Source: an uncultured Bacteroidales bacterium
Lineage (GTDB): Bacteria; Bacteroidota; Bacteroidia; Bacteroidales; Bacteroidaceae
NCBI GenBank assembly: GCA_902779165.1
Contig: CACZAN010000033.1
Span: 23,310-87,309 of the forward strand
DNA length: 64,000 bases
Direction of reading: 5' to 3'
The notes under the pieces were generated by a model. That model was not told the origin of the DNA and did no database searches. It was given only the letters and a program-made list of their open reading frames with translations. The position numbers were made by a program, and so were the translations under genes. Positions 36,706 to 46,124 of the stretch are shown one piece after another. Position 1 is the stretch's first letter. Each line of letters starts with the position of its first letter.

Positions 36706-39700
36706 CCGACAACTTTACAGAGAACGACTACGAGCAGGCGTTGATAGCGCTGTTCCAGAAACTGGGCTACGACTACGAGTGCGGCTACGACGTGGAGCGT
36801 GACTTCCGTAGCCCTTACTAGGAGGACTTGAGGCTGGCGCTGCGCAAGCAGAACCCACGGCTCAGTGAAGGGGTGCTGCAAGAGGCTTTCCGACTGGTGA
36901 CACACATCCACGAAGGAACGCTGGAGCAGCGCAACGAGACGCTGACGGACTACCTGCAAAACGGCGTGGAGGTGAAGTACTCGGAGGACGGGCGCCCGAA
37001 GACGGCACTGGTGAAGCTGGCAGACTTCGACCATCCGCAAAGGAATGGCTTCAAGGTCTGCAACCAGTGGACGGTGGTAGAACACGAGAAGATCCGCTGC
37101 GACCTGGTGGTGTTCGTGAACGGCCTGCCGCTGGTGGTGGTTGAACTGAAATCGCCCACCCGTGAAGAGGCCACGGAAGAGGATGCCTACCTGCAAATCA
37201 AGCAGTATCAGCAGAAATGCCCCTCGCTGTTTGTCTATAATGCCTTCAGCGTGACAAGCGATATGCTGACCACCAGGGTGGGCACCATCACCTCGAAGTC
37301 CAACCGCTATATGGAATGGAAGAGCAAGGACGGGAGCGTGGAGACCCGTGAGATTGCCGACTACGAAACGCCCTTCCTGGGTATCTTCGAGAAAGCGCGG
37401 CTGATGGATATCCTGCAGAACTTCATCTGCTTTGACCACAAGGACGGGCGGACGGCGAAGATTATGGGAGCCTACCACCAGTACTTTGCCGTCGGGAAAG
37501 CGGTAGCAAAGACGCATACCGCCGTTGGTGGCAATGGAAAGATTGGTGTGTTCTGGCACACGCAAGGCTCAGGAAAGAGTCTCTCGATGGTGTTCTATGT
37601 CCACCGGCTGATACAGGAGTTCCCGCAATGCACCATCGTGGTGGTGACCGACCGCAACGACCTCGACCAGCAGCTGTATGAGCAGTTTGCAGGGTGCCAG
37701 CGGTTCCTGCGTCAGGAGCCGCAGCGCGTGGGCTTCGAGCTGAACGAGAAAGGCAAGCTGACGAAGACCGCAGGGCGCGAAGACCTGGTGCGGAAGCTGA
37801 AAGACCTGCAGACGGGCGGAATCATCTTCACCACCATACAAAAGTTCGAGGAGGGCACGGGTCTGCTTTCGGAAAGAGAGAACATCATCGTCATCACGGA
37901 CGAGGCCCACCGCTCGCAATACGGCGATGAGCACTGGGACGTGAAGGCAGAGAAGATGAAGAAGGGCTTTGCGCTGCTGATGCGCGAGGCACTGCCCCGC
38001 GCCTCGTTCATTGGTTTCACGGGAACGCCTATTTCCGACCGCGACCGCGACACACAGGAGGTCTTCGGGGACTATATCGACATCTATGACATGACGCAGG
38101 CCGTAGCGGACGGAGCCACGAAGCCTGTGTACTACGAGAGCCGAGTCGTCAAACTGAACCTGAACGAAGAGGCGCTGCGCAAGCTGGACGAGGAGTTCGA
38201 CCGACTGGCAGACGAGGGGGCTACGGAAGAGCAGATAGACAAAGCCCGCCGCGACAACAGCGGACTGAAAGAGATACTGTGCCACCCAGACACCATAGAC
38301 AGCCTGTGCCGCGACATCGTGGAGCACTACGAGCAAAACCGCCAGTACGAACTGACGGGCAAGGCGATGATCGTGGCCTACAACAAAGAGGCAGCCGTGA
38401 AGATCTACCGTAAGCTGCTGGAGCTGCGACCCGCGTGGCAGGAGAAGGTGCACGTGGTGGCGAGTGCCGCCAATACGGACAAGGAAGAGTGGCACGACGT
38501 GATCGACGCCCGGCGCAACAAGGAATATGCCGCCCTGTTCAAGGACGACAGCAGTCCCATGAAGATAGCCATCGTCGTGGATATGTGGCTGACGGGATTC
38601 GATGTGCCGTCGCTGGCTACGATGTATGTCTTCAAACCCATGAGAGACCACAACCTGATGCAGGCCATAGCGCGCGTGAACCGCGTGTTCCCGGAAAAGG
38701 AAGGCGGCCTGATAGTGGATTATGTGGGCATTGCACAGGCGTTGAAGAAAGCCATGCAGGACTACACCAGCCGCGACCGCCAACAGTTCGGCGACCCGGA
38801 TATCAGCAAGACGGCACTGGTGAAGTTCCAGGAGAAGCTGGAGATCTGCCGCGACCTGCTGCACGGCTTCGACTACGAAGGCTGGTACGAAGGCAGCGAC
38901 CCCGAAAGGAGCCAACTCATCAAGGGCGGTGTGAACTTCATGCTGGAGGCGCAGAAGCAGGAGCGCCGCAAGGACTTCATCAACGAAAGCCAGCTGCTGC
39001 ACAACGCCCAGACGCTGTGTAAGTCGCTGATTCCGCAGCGCGTGAAACAGGAAGTGGCTTTCATTGATGCCGTGAGGGTGATGCTGCAAAGGCTTTCGAC
39101 TACAGGAACGGCAATCACCAAGCACGACATCAATGAGCGCATCTCGCACCTGCTGGAACAGAGCATACAGAGTCAGGGCGTGGAAGTACTGACACCCAAT
39201 ATTGAATTCTCGCTGTTCAGCGAAAGCTTCCTGGCCGAGCTGAAGAAGATGAAGGAGAGGAACCTGGCAGTGAAGATATTGGAAAACCTGCTGAGGAACC
39301 GCATCCGAAACTACGAGCGCACCAACATCGTGCAGAGCCTGAAGTTCAGCAAGATGATGAACGACGCCCTGTCGAACTACCTGAAAGGGTTGCTGACCAA
39401 CGAAGAAGTGATTGCCGAACTCCTGAAGATGGCAGCGGAAATCAAGGAGAGCGAAGCTGAGGCCGACGCACTGGGGTTGACTACGGAAGAGAAAGCCTTC
39501 TACGATGCGCTCAGCTCGCCCGAAGGCGTCAGGGACGCTTATACAAACGATGAGTTCCTGGCGCTGACGAAGGAACTGACGGAACAGCTGCGCCGCAACC
39601 GCACCATAGACTGGAACCACAAGGACTCTGCCCGCGCAAAGATGCGAGTGATGGTGAAGCGGCTGCTGAAGAAATACCACTACCCGCCCGAAGGGCAGGA

Positions 39701-39878
39701 ACAGGCGCTGAGGACGGTGATGGAGCAGTGCAACCGCTGGGCTGACGACGAGGAGAATCTGGAAACGCCCGTAGTTCCTCTGCATTCGATTCGCTACGAT
39801 GATTATTCGGTCGAAGAAGATGGCGGCTACCTGATGGCGGCAGAGAAGGAGGATGATTACGGTCCGTACGATGAATAG
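36702..39878 (+). pseudogene. hsdR: Type I R-M restriction subunit R with an in-frame TAG at codon 40 (36819-36821)
   Basis: MTDNFTENDYEQALIALFQKLGYDYECGYDVERDFRSPY-stop-EDLRLALRKQNP continues in the same frame. The downstream nuclease motif (DLVVFVNGLPLVVVELK) and SF2 helicase motifs (HTQGSGKS, TDEAHRSQ) are intact. Confidence 0.85.
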
Positions 39879-39989
39879 GAAGCAACCAAACTCTTGTTGA
39901 TAAGCGCTTTACTCAAAAGTTGGACAGTTATGCGATTCAATTGAAAAACTCTCCGAAAGCACGTGCTTTCTGTGCCGCAGCAAAAAAAA

Positions 39990-40063
39990 CTTATTTAGTG
40001 GTGACGGCGTCAGTCATGATTGCCAGTTCCTCTTTGGAGAAGTGGGAGGCGAGGAGGGAGCGG
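39990..40063 (-). repeat. Displaced duplicate of the last ~74 bp of the TPR gene (compare 40553-40626), including the stop
   Basis: By-eye alignment gives about 72 of 74 identical positions in direct orientation. The copy reads ...SLLASHFSKEELAIMTDAVTTK-stop. Confidence 0.85.
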
Positions 40064-40075
40064 AATGGAGAAAAA

Positions 40076-40189
40076 TTAGTTATAGGTATTATCCTTGCTT
40101 ATCTGCTCTAAAAATTCGACTATCGTCAAGACATTCAACCTCGGCCATTCAATCTCCTTGAGAATACTGAAATGGGAGTCGTTTGTCAC
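40076..40189 (-). pseudogene. C-terminal remnant of a PIN-domain (VapC-like) toxin
   Basis: The frame reads VTNDSHFSILKEIEWPRLNVLTIVEFLEQI, which resembles the (I/L)VTxDxHF...I.T..EFL end of PIN_3 toxins. No N-terminal part is present. Confidence 0.45.
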
Positions 40190-40397
40190 AATAAGGGGTA
40201 CGCATATGTTCTGCACCCCATTGATTGATTGTATCCTCGTTTATCTCACCCTTTTCCCAAAGATCATCTATGGCTTTCTGGGCTTTCTGGGCAAAATACT
40301 GAGCGATATAATCCCGGAACTCTAACAGTTCCGCTTCGGTTCTAATAGCGTTCACAGCGTTCAGCACTTCCAATTGGGCTAATTGATGATATGACAT
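40149..40397 (-). CDS. Small antitoxin-like protein (82 aa), C-terminus altered by the deletion that removed most of the downstream PIN gene
   Basis: Helical 82-aa ORF with a ...WGAEHMRTPY end, then an aberrant tail. A TAcTTTTG promoter box lies 29 nt upstream. Confidence 0.5.
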   Translation of the reverse strand: MSYHQLAQLEVLNAVNAIRTEAELLEFRDYIAQYFAQKAQKAIDDLWEKGEINEDTINQWGAEHMRTPYCDKRLPFQYSQGD

Positions 40398-40425
40398 ATT
40401 GGCTATATTTGATTGGACTTCGGTG

Positions 40426-40433
40426 CAAAAGTA
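40426..40433 (-). promoter_or_regulatory. -7 box upstream of the small antitoxin-like gene
   Basis: The reverse complement reads tacttttg, 29 nt upstream of the start at 40397. Confidence 0.45.
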
Positions 40434-40553
40434 GGAATAAGTCGTGAACTAACAAAGAAAAACCAGTAAAAAGTTCATATTGAAGGTCTGGAATGTGCAA
40501 AAACGCCCTCATTTCGTCCGTGAAAGCGAAGAAATGAATACGTCTTTTTGTTC

Positions 40554-42854
40554 TTACTTAGTGGTGACGGCGTCAGTCATGATTGCCAGTTCCTCTGTGG
40601 AGAAGTGGGAGGCGAGGAGGGAGCGGGCGTCCTCGTTGAAGGCTTCGCCCCAATGACGGAATTGCTGGCGCTGGGCTTTCTTGGCGCGGTTGAAGCAGGT
40701 GAAGGACTTGCGGTAAGCTTCCACGGCCTCAGCGGTGCGGCCTTGCAGCCAGAGGGCGTGGCCGAGGTTGATATAATCTTCCCAGAGTGGCTTCTTGGCC
40801 TTCTGGATGATGGCCTGATAGTATTGTGCGGCACGCTCGTACTTGCCCTGATGCAGCGAGCACCATCCTATACCGCGCTGACTGACAGCGAGGTGCATTC
40901 CCATGAATTCCAGCTTGAAGAAGCGTTGCACGGCCTCGTCCCAGCGGCGTAGCTGGATGAATCCTCGTCCTATTTCCTCGGTGAGGTCGGCATCTTTGCC
41001 CTCGCGCCGCTCGTCCTCGTGGAGGAGGAGGGGAATGGCGCTATCCCAGTCGGACAGGGCTTCGAAACAGCGTGCCATGTCGAGTTGCAGGTCGTCGTTG
41101 TCGTTGATAAGCAGGCTCTGCTGGATATCGCTGATGGCACTGCGCCATTGTTGCTGTTGCATGAAGGCGTGGGCACGTAGTTCCAGCGCTTTGGCTGTGG
41201 TGCCGTGGTGCTCCATGAAGTAGTTGAGGAGCACGATTGCGTGTTGGCTGTCGCCGAGCATCAAATAGGCATAGATGCTGTCTTCGATGTCGCTGAGGTT
41301 GCTGTACTGTCCCTCGAAGTACGGCAGCAATGGTAGGATGATATCGTCGGTTGCCGCGAAGGTGAAGTCGTATTCGCCGTGGCAGAGGTTGCCGTAGAAG
41401 AATCGGTAGCAGACCTGACAGAAATTCGTGAAGGGATTGAGGGAGTAGTCGTTTTCGTCAATTTCATCGAAGGGGTTGGAGACGCCTTCCTCTTCTGCCA
41501 TCTGGTTGAATTGCTCGTCCAGTCGGTCGCTGATGGACTTGCGACCGCCTCGCCGCAAAAGACTCATCATTCCCGCGTAGGAGTAGCGGTCGCAGTCGCA
41601 GAAGCGGCTGTGGTTCATGATATTAACGGTCATGGCATCGAGTTTTCCGTTGGCGAGGTGCAGCCCTTTCTTGGCGAAAGGCTCTTCCATACTGAAGGGA
41701 TAGAACCAGTGTGCGGTATGCTTGAAGAAATCCGAGCGTTTCATGGCGATGAGGTTGATGTGGTTTACGTCCATTCCCATCTGTCGCATCGTATCTACGG
41801 ATCGGGCGTAGTTTGCCATTTTGTTGAAGAATGACTTTTCGCCCTTCAACTCTATTCTCGTCACCTTGGTTTCGAAGATATCCTCCATGTCCTGAGTCCA
41901 CTCGTCTGTTTTTTCCTCTTCTTCGCCAGGGTTGAGGCGGGGCTGTTGCTTTTCGATGAGTTCCTTGATGATTGGCAGGAGGTCGTCGATGCGTTTGCCG
42001 ACTCGATCTGTCAGCGACTGACACACAAAGGCTTGCAATAGGTCTGGCAGGTGGGGCTTGAGGACTTTCGCATGAAAGAACGTGCGCAGTCCTTCGTCGA
42101 GTTTCGGGAAGAAGGGGAAGAAGGCGCGGTTGTGCTGATAGACGAGCGTCAGTGCTACGGCTACGCGCCCCATCAGATCTTGTGCCTCTTTCTCGGCGCG
42201 CTGCCGCTCGCCTTCGTCCTCGATAAGATCTGCGTTCTGCAAATCTTTCATTGCCAGCTGCCCGAGTTCCAGCAGCAGTTGTATCTTGTTCTCGGAGAAG
42301 CAGTCGATGCCACTCATCATCAGTCCGCCCACCATCACGCAGCGGGAGAAATGGTCCTGTTGTCGCAGGTGGTAGGCCAGAAGTTCCCGGTGCTCCTCGT
42401 TGATGGGGGCAATCCAAAACAGGACAAAGGCCGCATCGACGGCGAGGTGGTAGGGCTGGTTGCCGACTTTACTGTGTGAGGCGTGGATAAGTTGGTTGTC
42501 GAGTGCTACGACGCCGTAGTCTTTCATCTCGGCGCTCATGCGGCCGAAGAAAGTGCTGTCGTGCTCGAGTTCCCACTGATAGCGTACCTTCTGCAACAGT
42601 TCTATCGTGCGGCGGAAGAGGTCTTGGAAGCTTTCGGAGATAGCGGCGTCGAATCCGTTGGCTGTGAAGGGACGGAGTATGGCGCTGTAGTCTTCGCGCA
42701 GTTTCGTGAAGTCTTCGTGGCACAAGTCTGCGTCGGAATTGTCGCGGCTGATGGCCTCGGTGAGCGATATAGCGTCTGTGAGTCGGCGCTCGGCAATCGC
42801 TTCGACGGTTTCGGTATATAGCTTATCGAATGCTTTCAAGTCCATGGATTTCAA
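40554..42854 (-). CDS. Large tetratricopeptide-repeat protein (766 aa), function unknown
   Basis: The C-terminal third has TPR-like repeats (ALELRAHAFMQQQQW..., YYQAIIQKAKKPLWEDYINLGHALWLQGRTAEAVEAY). It overlaps the upstream gene by 32 nt. Confidence 0.7.
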   Translation of the reverse strand: MKSMDLKAFDKLYTETVEAIAERRLTDAISLTEAISRDNSDADLCHEDFTKLREDYSAILRPFTANGFDAAISESFQDLFRRTIELLQKVRYQWELEHDSTFFGRMSAEMKDYGVVALDNQLIHASHSKVGNQPYHLAVDAAFVLFWIAPINEEHRELLAYHLRQQDHFSRCVMVGGLMMSGIDCFSENKIQLLLELGQLAMKDLQNADLIEDEGERQRAEKEAQDLMGRVAVALTLVYQHNRAFFPFFPKLDEGLRTFFHAKVLKPHLPDLLQAFVCQSLTDRVGKRIDDLLPIIKELIEKQQPRLNPGEEEEKTDEWTQDMEDIFETKVTRIELKGEKSFFNKMANYARSVDTMRQMGMDVNHINLIAMKRSDFFKHTAHWFYPFSMEEPFAKKGLHLANGKLDAMTVNIMNHSRFCDCDRYSYAGMMSLLRRGGRKSISDRLDEQFNQMAEEEGVSNPFDEIDENDYSLNPFTNFCQVCYRFFYGNLCHGEYDFTFAATDDIILPLLPYFEGQYSNLSDIEDSIYAYLMLGDSQHAIVLLNYFMEHHGTTAKALELRAHAFMQQQQWRSAISDIQQSLLINDNDDLQLDMARCFEALSDWDSAIPLLLHEDERREGKDADLTEEIGRGFIQLRRWDEAVQRFFKLEFMGMHLAVSQRGIGWCSLHQGKYERAAQYYQAIIQKAKKPLWEDYINLGHALWLQGRTAEAVEAYRKSFTCFNRAKKAQRQQFRHWGEAFNEDARSLLASHFSTEELAIMTDAVTTK

Positions 42855-43857
42855 GTATTAGCGTATCAGTGTTGTAGCGGTTGTCTGCCTTGCCTCGGGA
42901 TCGCAGCCAGCGCAGTGCTGCATTGGCATCGCTTTGTGCCGGTCGGTAGAGTGGTGTAAAAGGTGGCAGCAGACGTACGATGGTGTCGCAGAGGGAGTCG
43001 GGTGTCAGGCAGAGCTCTTTCAGCAGTTGCGGCAGGCTGTCGCGTAATCCGTGGGGTTGGTTGGCGAGTTCCACCGCTTCGTGGTATCCTTGAAAGAGCA
43101 GTTGCAGCTGGCGGACTCGGCTGGAGTCGCGTGCCACACTGGTTGGTACGAGATAGGCGCCGAGTTGTGGCTCGAGTCCTCGGGTCGAAAAGTTGCGTAC
43201 GTTGCCGAGCAGACGGGCTTCGAGCGCGTAGGGTTCAGGCAGGAAGGCGGCATCCATAGTGCCGTTGCAGATCATATCTGTTCGGATGCGGACATCATTG
43301 ATTTGTGGTCGGAAGATGTCGGCCTGTTCCATTCGTGCCGAGTCCATCAGGCGGTCGCTCCAAAAGTCCGTGATGCTGTGTCGGGCTACGGCAACCATGC
43401 GTTCCTTCAGTTGTCCCAGAGCGCGCACACGTCCTCTTCGGGCTGTGATGAGTTGCAACTCGACGGGGGCAGTGGCCACGGCTCGCAGGTCGAACGTGTC
43501 GGTCTGCTGAATCATGATAGCCCTTGCTAAGTCGCTGTATACCAGTTCTGCACGCCGACGTAAGAGGGCGGTGTCGGTGTCGAGCTGCGCCTGCAGAGTC
43601 AGAATGCGCAGGTCGAGGCCGAGGCGCTCGTAGATTCCGGCGCGCTGGGCGAGGTAGAAGGGCAGGCAGTCGCTGACGGGCATCAGTGCCACGTGCAATG
43701 CTGCGGAGTCTCGCTTTGCCTCGTCGTCGGGGTCAACGGCGGTCGAGGAGTTGCATGAGACGAGGAAAAGCAAGCATAGAAAAAGGAAGAAGACCCACCC
43801 CTCACCCTCCCTGTGAGGGAGGGAGTGGTCACTTTTGGGGCTTGAAAATCTTTCCAT
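42823..43857 (-). CDS. NMT1/THI5-like ABC-type substrate-binding lipoprotein
   Basis: Lipobox FLVSC and an ALHVALMPVSDCLPFYLAQRAGIYERLGLDL periplasmic-binding fold. The start codon and n-region are encoded by repeat element E4. Confidence 0.6.
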   Translation of the reverse strand: MERFSSPKSDHSLPHREGEGWVFFLFLCLLFLVSCNSSTAVDPDDEAKRDSAALHVALMPVSDCLPFYLAQRAGIYERLGLDLRILTLQAQLDTDTALLRRRAELVYSDLARAIMIQQTDTFDLRAVATAPVELQLITARRGRVRALGQLKERMVAVARHSITDFWSDRLMDSARMEQADIFRPQINDVRIRTDMICNGTMDAAFLPEPYALEARLLGNVRNFSTRGLEPQLGAYLVPTSVARDSSRVRQLQLLFQGYHEAVELANQPHGLRDSLPQLLKELCLTPDSLCDTIVRLLPPFTPLYRPAQSDANAALRWLRSRGKADNRYNTDTLILEIHGLESIR

Positions 43858-43960
43858 ATAAATGGGGTTATATTCAATTCTTGAATGGTAATAACCCCCT
43901 CCCTCACAGGGAGGGCGGGGGGTAGGTCTTTCCCTCCCAAGGGAGGGTGGGGGGTGGGTC
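43792..43960. mobile_element. GC-hairpin MITE-like element, copy E4 (arms 43792-43826 and 43895-43928) plus an extra tandem arm at 43931-43960
   Basis: Same architecture as E1. The centre holds the ATG at 43857 of the substrate-binding lipoprotein gene. Confidence 0.75.
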
Positions 43961-43993
43961 TGGGTGATTGTGGATTCTACTATTTCTTTGGGT

Positions 43994-45262
43994 TTAGCCC
44001 TTGATAGCAGCTACGCCGGGGAGTACCTTGCCTTCGATGGCCTCGAGGAGAGCGCCGCCGCCGGTGCTTATGTAGCTGACCTGATCTTCAAGGCCAAACT
44101 TGTGTACGCAAGCGATGCTGTCGCCGCCGCCGATGAGGGAGAATGCACCCTCGGCAGTAGCCTTAGCCACAGCCTCACCTACAGCGCGGGAACCTGCGCA
44201 GAAGTCATCGCACTCGAAGCAGCCGGCAGGACCGTTCCAAAGAATGGTCTTGGCGCCTTCGATGGCCTTGGCGAACTTAGCCTGGCTCTTGGGACCAACG
44301 TCGAGGCCGTCCCAGCCAGCTTCGATGGCGTTGGAGGGGAAGGTCTTGATTTCTGCACCGGGCTTGACGCTGAAGGTGCCGAAGTCATAACCTGTGCAGC
44401 ATACGCTGTCCTCAGCGAGCACGAGTTCTACGCCGTTCTTCTTTGCCATCTCTTCTACGCCGAGAGCAACATCCAGCTTGTCGAGCTCAACGATGGAGTT
44501 ACCGATTTCGCCGCCGTGTGCCTTCATGAAGGTGTAGGTCATGCCACCGCAGAGGATGAGTTTGTCGACCTTACCCAGCAGGTTCTCGATGATTCCAATC
44601 TTGGTGCTGACCTTGGATCCGCCCATAATGGCAACGAAGGGGCGCTTGATGTTGCTCAGGACGTTGTCAACAGCCGTCACTTCCTTCTCCATGAGGAGGC
44701 CGAGCATCTTGCTGTCGGCATCGAAGTAGTCAGCGATGACGGCGGTGCTGGCGTGGCGGCGGTGAGCCGTACCGAAAGCGTCCATCACATAGCAGTCAGC
44801 ATAGCTGGCCAGGGTCTTTGCGAACTCCTTCTGGCTTTCCTTCATAGCCTTCTTGGCAGCCTCGTATGCGGGATCTTCCTTGTCGATACCTACGGGTTTG
44901 CCTTCCTCTTCAGGGTAGTAGCGGAGGTTCTCAAGCAGCAGCACCTCGCCAGCCTTCAGGGCAGCAGCCTGGTCGGCAGCCTTGGCACAGTCGGGAGCGA
45001 ACTTCACCTCAACACCGAGAGCAGCACTCACGGCGGGAACGATCTGCTGGAGGCTGAGCTTCGGGTTCACCTTGCCTTTGGGTTTGCCCATGTGGCTCAT
45101 GATGATGAGAGCGCCGCCGTCGCCGAGGATCTTCTTCAGGGTGGGCAGAGCACCGCGGATTCGGGTGTCGTCGGTGATGTTTCCGTTTCCGTCGAGGGGC
45201 ACGTTGAAGTCAACGCGAACGATGGCTTTCTTGCCAGCGAATTTGTAATCGTGAATAGTCAT
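43994..45262 (-). CDS. pgk: Phosphoglycerate kinase
   Basis: [15 protein letters not shown]-terminus, full-length 422 aa, and a TAATTTTG box upstream. Confidence 0.95.
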   Translation of the reverse strand: MTIHDYKFAGKKAIVRVDFNVPLDGNGNITDDTRIRGALPTLKKILGDGGALIIMSHMGKPKGKVNPKLSLQQIVPAVSAALGVEVKFAPDCAKAADQAAALKAGEVLLLENLRYYPEEEGKPVGIDKEDPAYEAAKKAMKESQKEFAKTLASYADCYVMDAFGTAHRRHASTAVIADYFDADSKMLGLLMEKEVTAVDNVLSNIKRPFVAIMGGSKVSTKIGIIENLLGKVDKLILCGGMTYTFMKAHGGEIGNSIVELDKLDVALGVEEMAKKNGVELVLAEDSVCCTGYDFGTFSVKPGAEIKTFPSNAIEAGWDGLDVGPKSQAKFAKAIEGAKTILWNGPAGCFECDDFCAGSRAVGEAVAKATAEGAFSLIGGGDSIACVHKFGLEDQVSYISTGGGALLEAIEGKVLPGVAAIKG

Positions 45263-45325
45263 TGTTGTTTTTGTTTAATGATGAATATTGAATGATGATT
45301 GTTGTGAGTTGTCTGAAATCGGGTG

Positions 45326-45333
45326 CAAAATTA
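45326..45333 (-). promoter_or_regulatory. -7 box upstream of pgk
   Basis: The reverse complement reads taattttg, 64 nt upstream of the start at 45262. Confidence 0.5.
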
Positions 45334-45361
45334 CACTTTTCTGCTGAGTTAAGCAAAGAAA

Positions 45362-46003
45362 TTAAGACTTTTTATTAAAGAACACGCACACACGTTGCAA
45401 TCCGCAGCCCATGCAGTCGGGTTTCAGCGCTTTGCAGATATATCTTCCGTGCAATATCAGCCAATGGTGCGCCCGCGGAATGACCTCCTCGGGAAAGTTC
45501 CTGACGAGTTCCTGTTCCACGGCCAGCGGCGTCTTCGCTTTCTCTGGAACGAGTCCGAGGCGGTGGCTGACGCGGAAGACGTGGGTGTCAACAGCCATCC
45601 GGGCTTTGCCAAAGGCAACGCTCATCACCACGTTGGCTGTCTTGCGCCCCACTCCCGGCAGGGATGTCAGCTCTTCCAGGGTGGAGGGAACCTCCCCGCC
45701 GAAACGTTCCTGCAGCTGGCGCGCGGCTTCCAGCAGGTGGCGCGCCTTGGAATTCGGGTAGCTGACGCTCTTGATGTACTCCAGCAACTGTTCTTCCGTG
45801 GCGGCAGCCATTGCGGCGGGGGTGGGGAAGGCCTGAAAAAGGGCGGGGGTAACGAGGTTCACGCGTTTGTCGGTGCATTGTGCGCTGAGCATCACGGCCA
45901 CCAGCAGCTGAAAGTCCGAATCGAAGTGGAGTTCGGTTTCTGCGAGCGGCATTGCTTGTTCGAAATAAGCGATAACGGCAGCGTAACGTTCCTTTTTGGT
46001 CAT
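45362..46003 (-). CDS. nth: Endonuclease III
   Basis: I trimmed the start to MTKKERYAAV. HhH-GPD motif LPGVGRKTANVV and a C-terminal 4Fe-4S Cys cluster. Confidence 0.9.
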   Translation of the reverse strand: MTKKERYAAVIAYFEQAMPLAETELHFDSDFQLLVAVMLSAQCTDKRVNLVTPALFQAFPTPAAMAAATEEQLLEYIKSVSYPNSKARHLLEAARQLQERFGGEVPSTLEELTSLPGVGRKTANVVMSVAFGKARMAVDTHVFRVSHRLGLVPEKAKTPLAVEQELVRNFPEEVIPRAHHWLILHGRYICKALKPDCMGCGLQRVCVFFNKKS

Positions 46004-46023
46004 GATTTCTTGCTTTTTCGGTG

Positions 46024-46031
46024 CAAAATTA
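46024..46031 (-). promoter_or_regulatory. -7 box upstream of nth
   Basis: The reverse complement reads taattttg, 21 nt upstream of the start at 46003. Confidence 0.5.
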
Positions 46032-46095
46032 TCGTATTTCCCCGACCTCGGCAAAATATTTGGGTAGAAAGTGCCGTAAATCGGGGAACAAAGCG

Positions 46096-46103
46096 TAATT
46101 TTG
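46096..46103 (+). promoter_or_regulatory. -7 box upstream of the OMP gene at 46125
   Basis: taattttg lies 22 nt upstream of the ATG. Confidence 0.5.
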
Positions 46104-46124
46104 CACCGAAAATCACTTTAGAAT

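Noticed and set aside
37569-39785. 738-aa ORF antisense to hsdR
   Set aside because: The opposite strand encodes an unmistakable HsdR with helicase and nuclease motifs. The antisense product is low-complexity (rich in L/V/Q/H/R) with no recognisable motifs. It is a typical shadow ORF in GC-rich, codon-biased sequence.
39955-39970. 16-bp palindrome gaaagcacgtgctttc as the hsdR terminator
   Set aside because: It has no loop and is followed by an A-run, not a T-run, on the hsdR strand. That is too weak to call.
43964-45295. 443-aa ORF antisense to pgk, and the similar long antisense ORFs 9195..10130, 12649..13641, 16341..17120, 19552..20625, 49470..50462, 51180..51947, 52192..53505 and 57428..58801
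   Set aside because: Each overlaps a highly recognisable conserved gene on the other strand (pgk, hisB, hisG, the S41 peptidase, the M16 peptidase, pheS, aguB, aguA, apbE), and none has motifs of its own. I treat them all as shadow ORFs.
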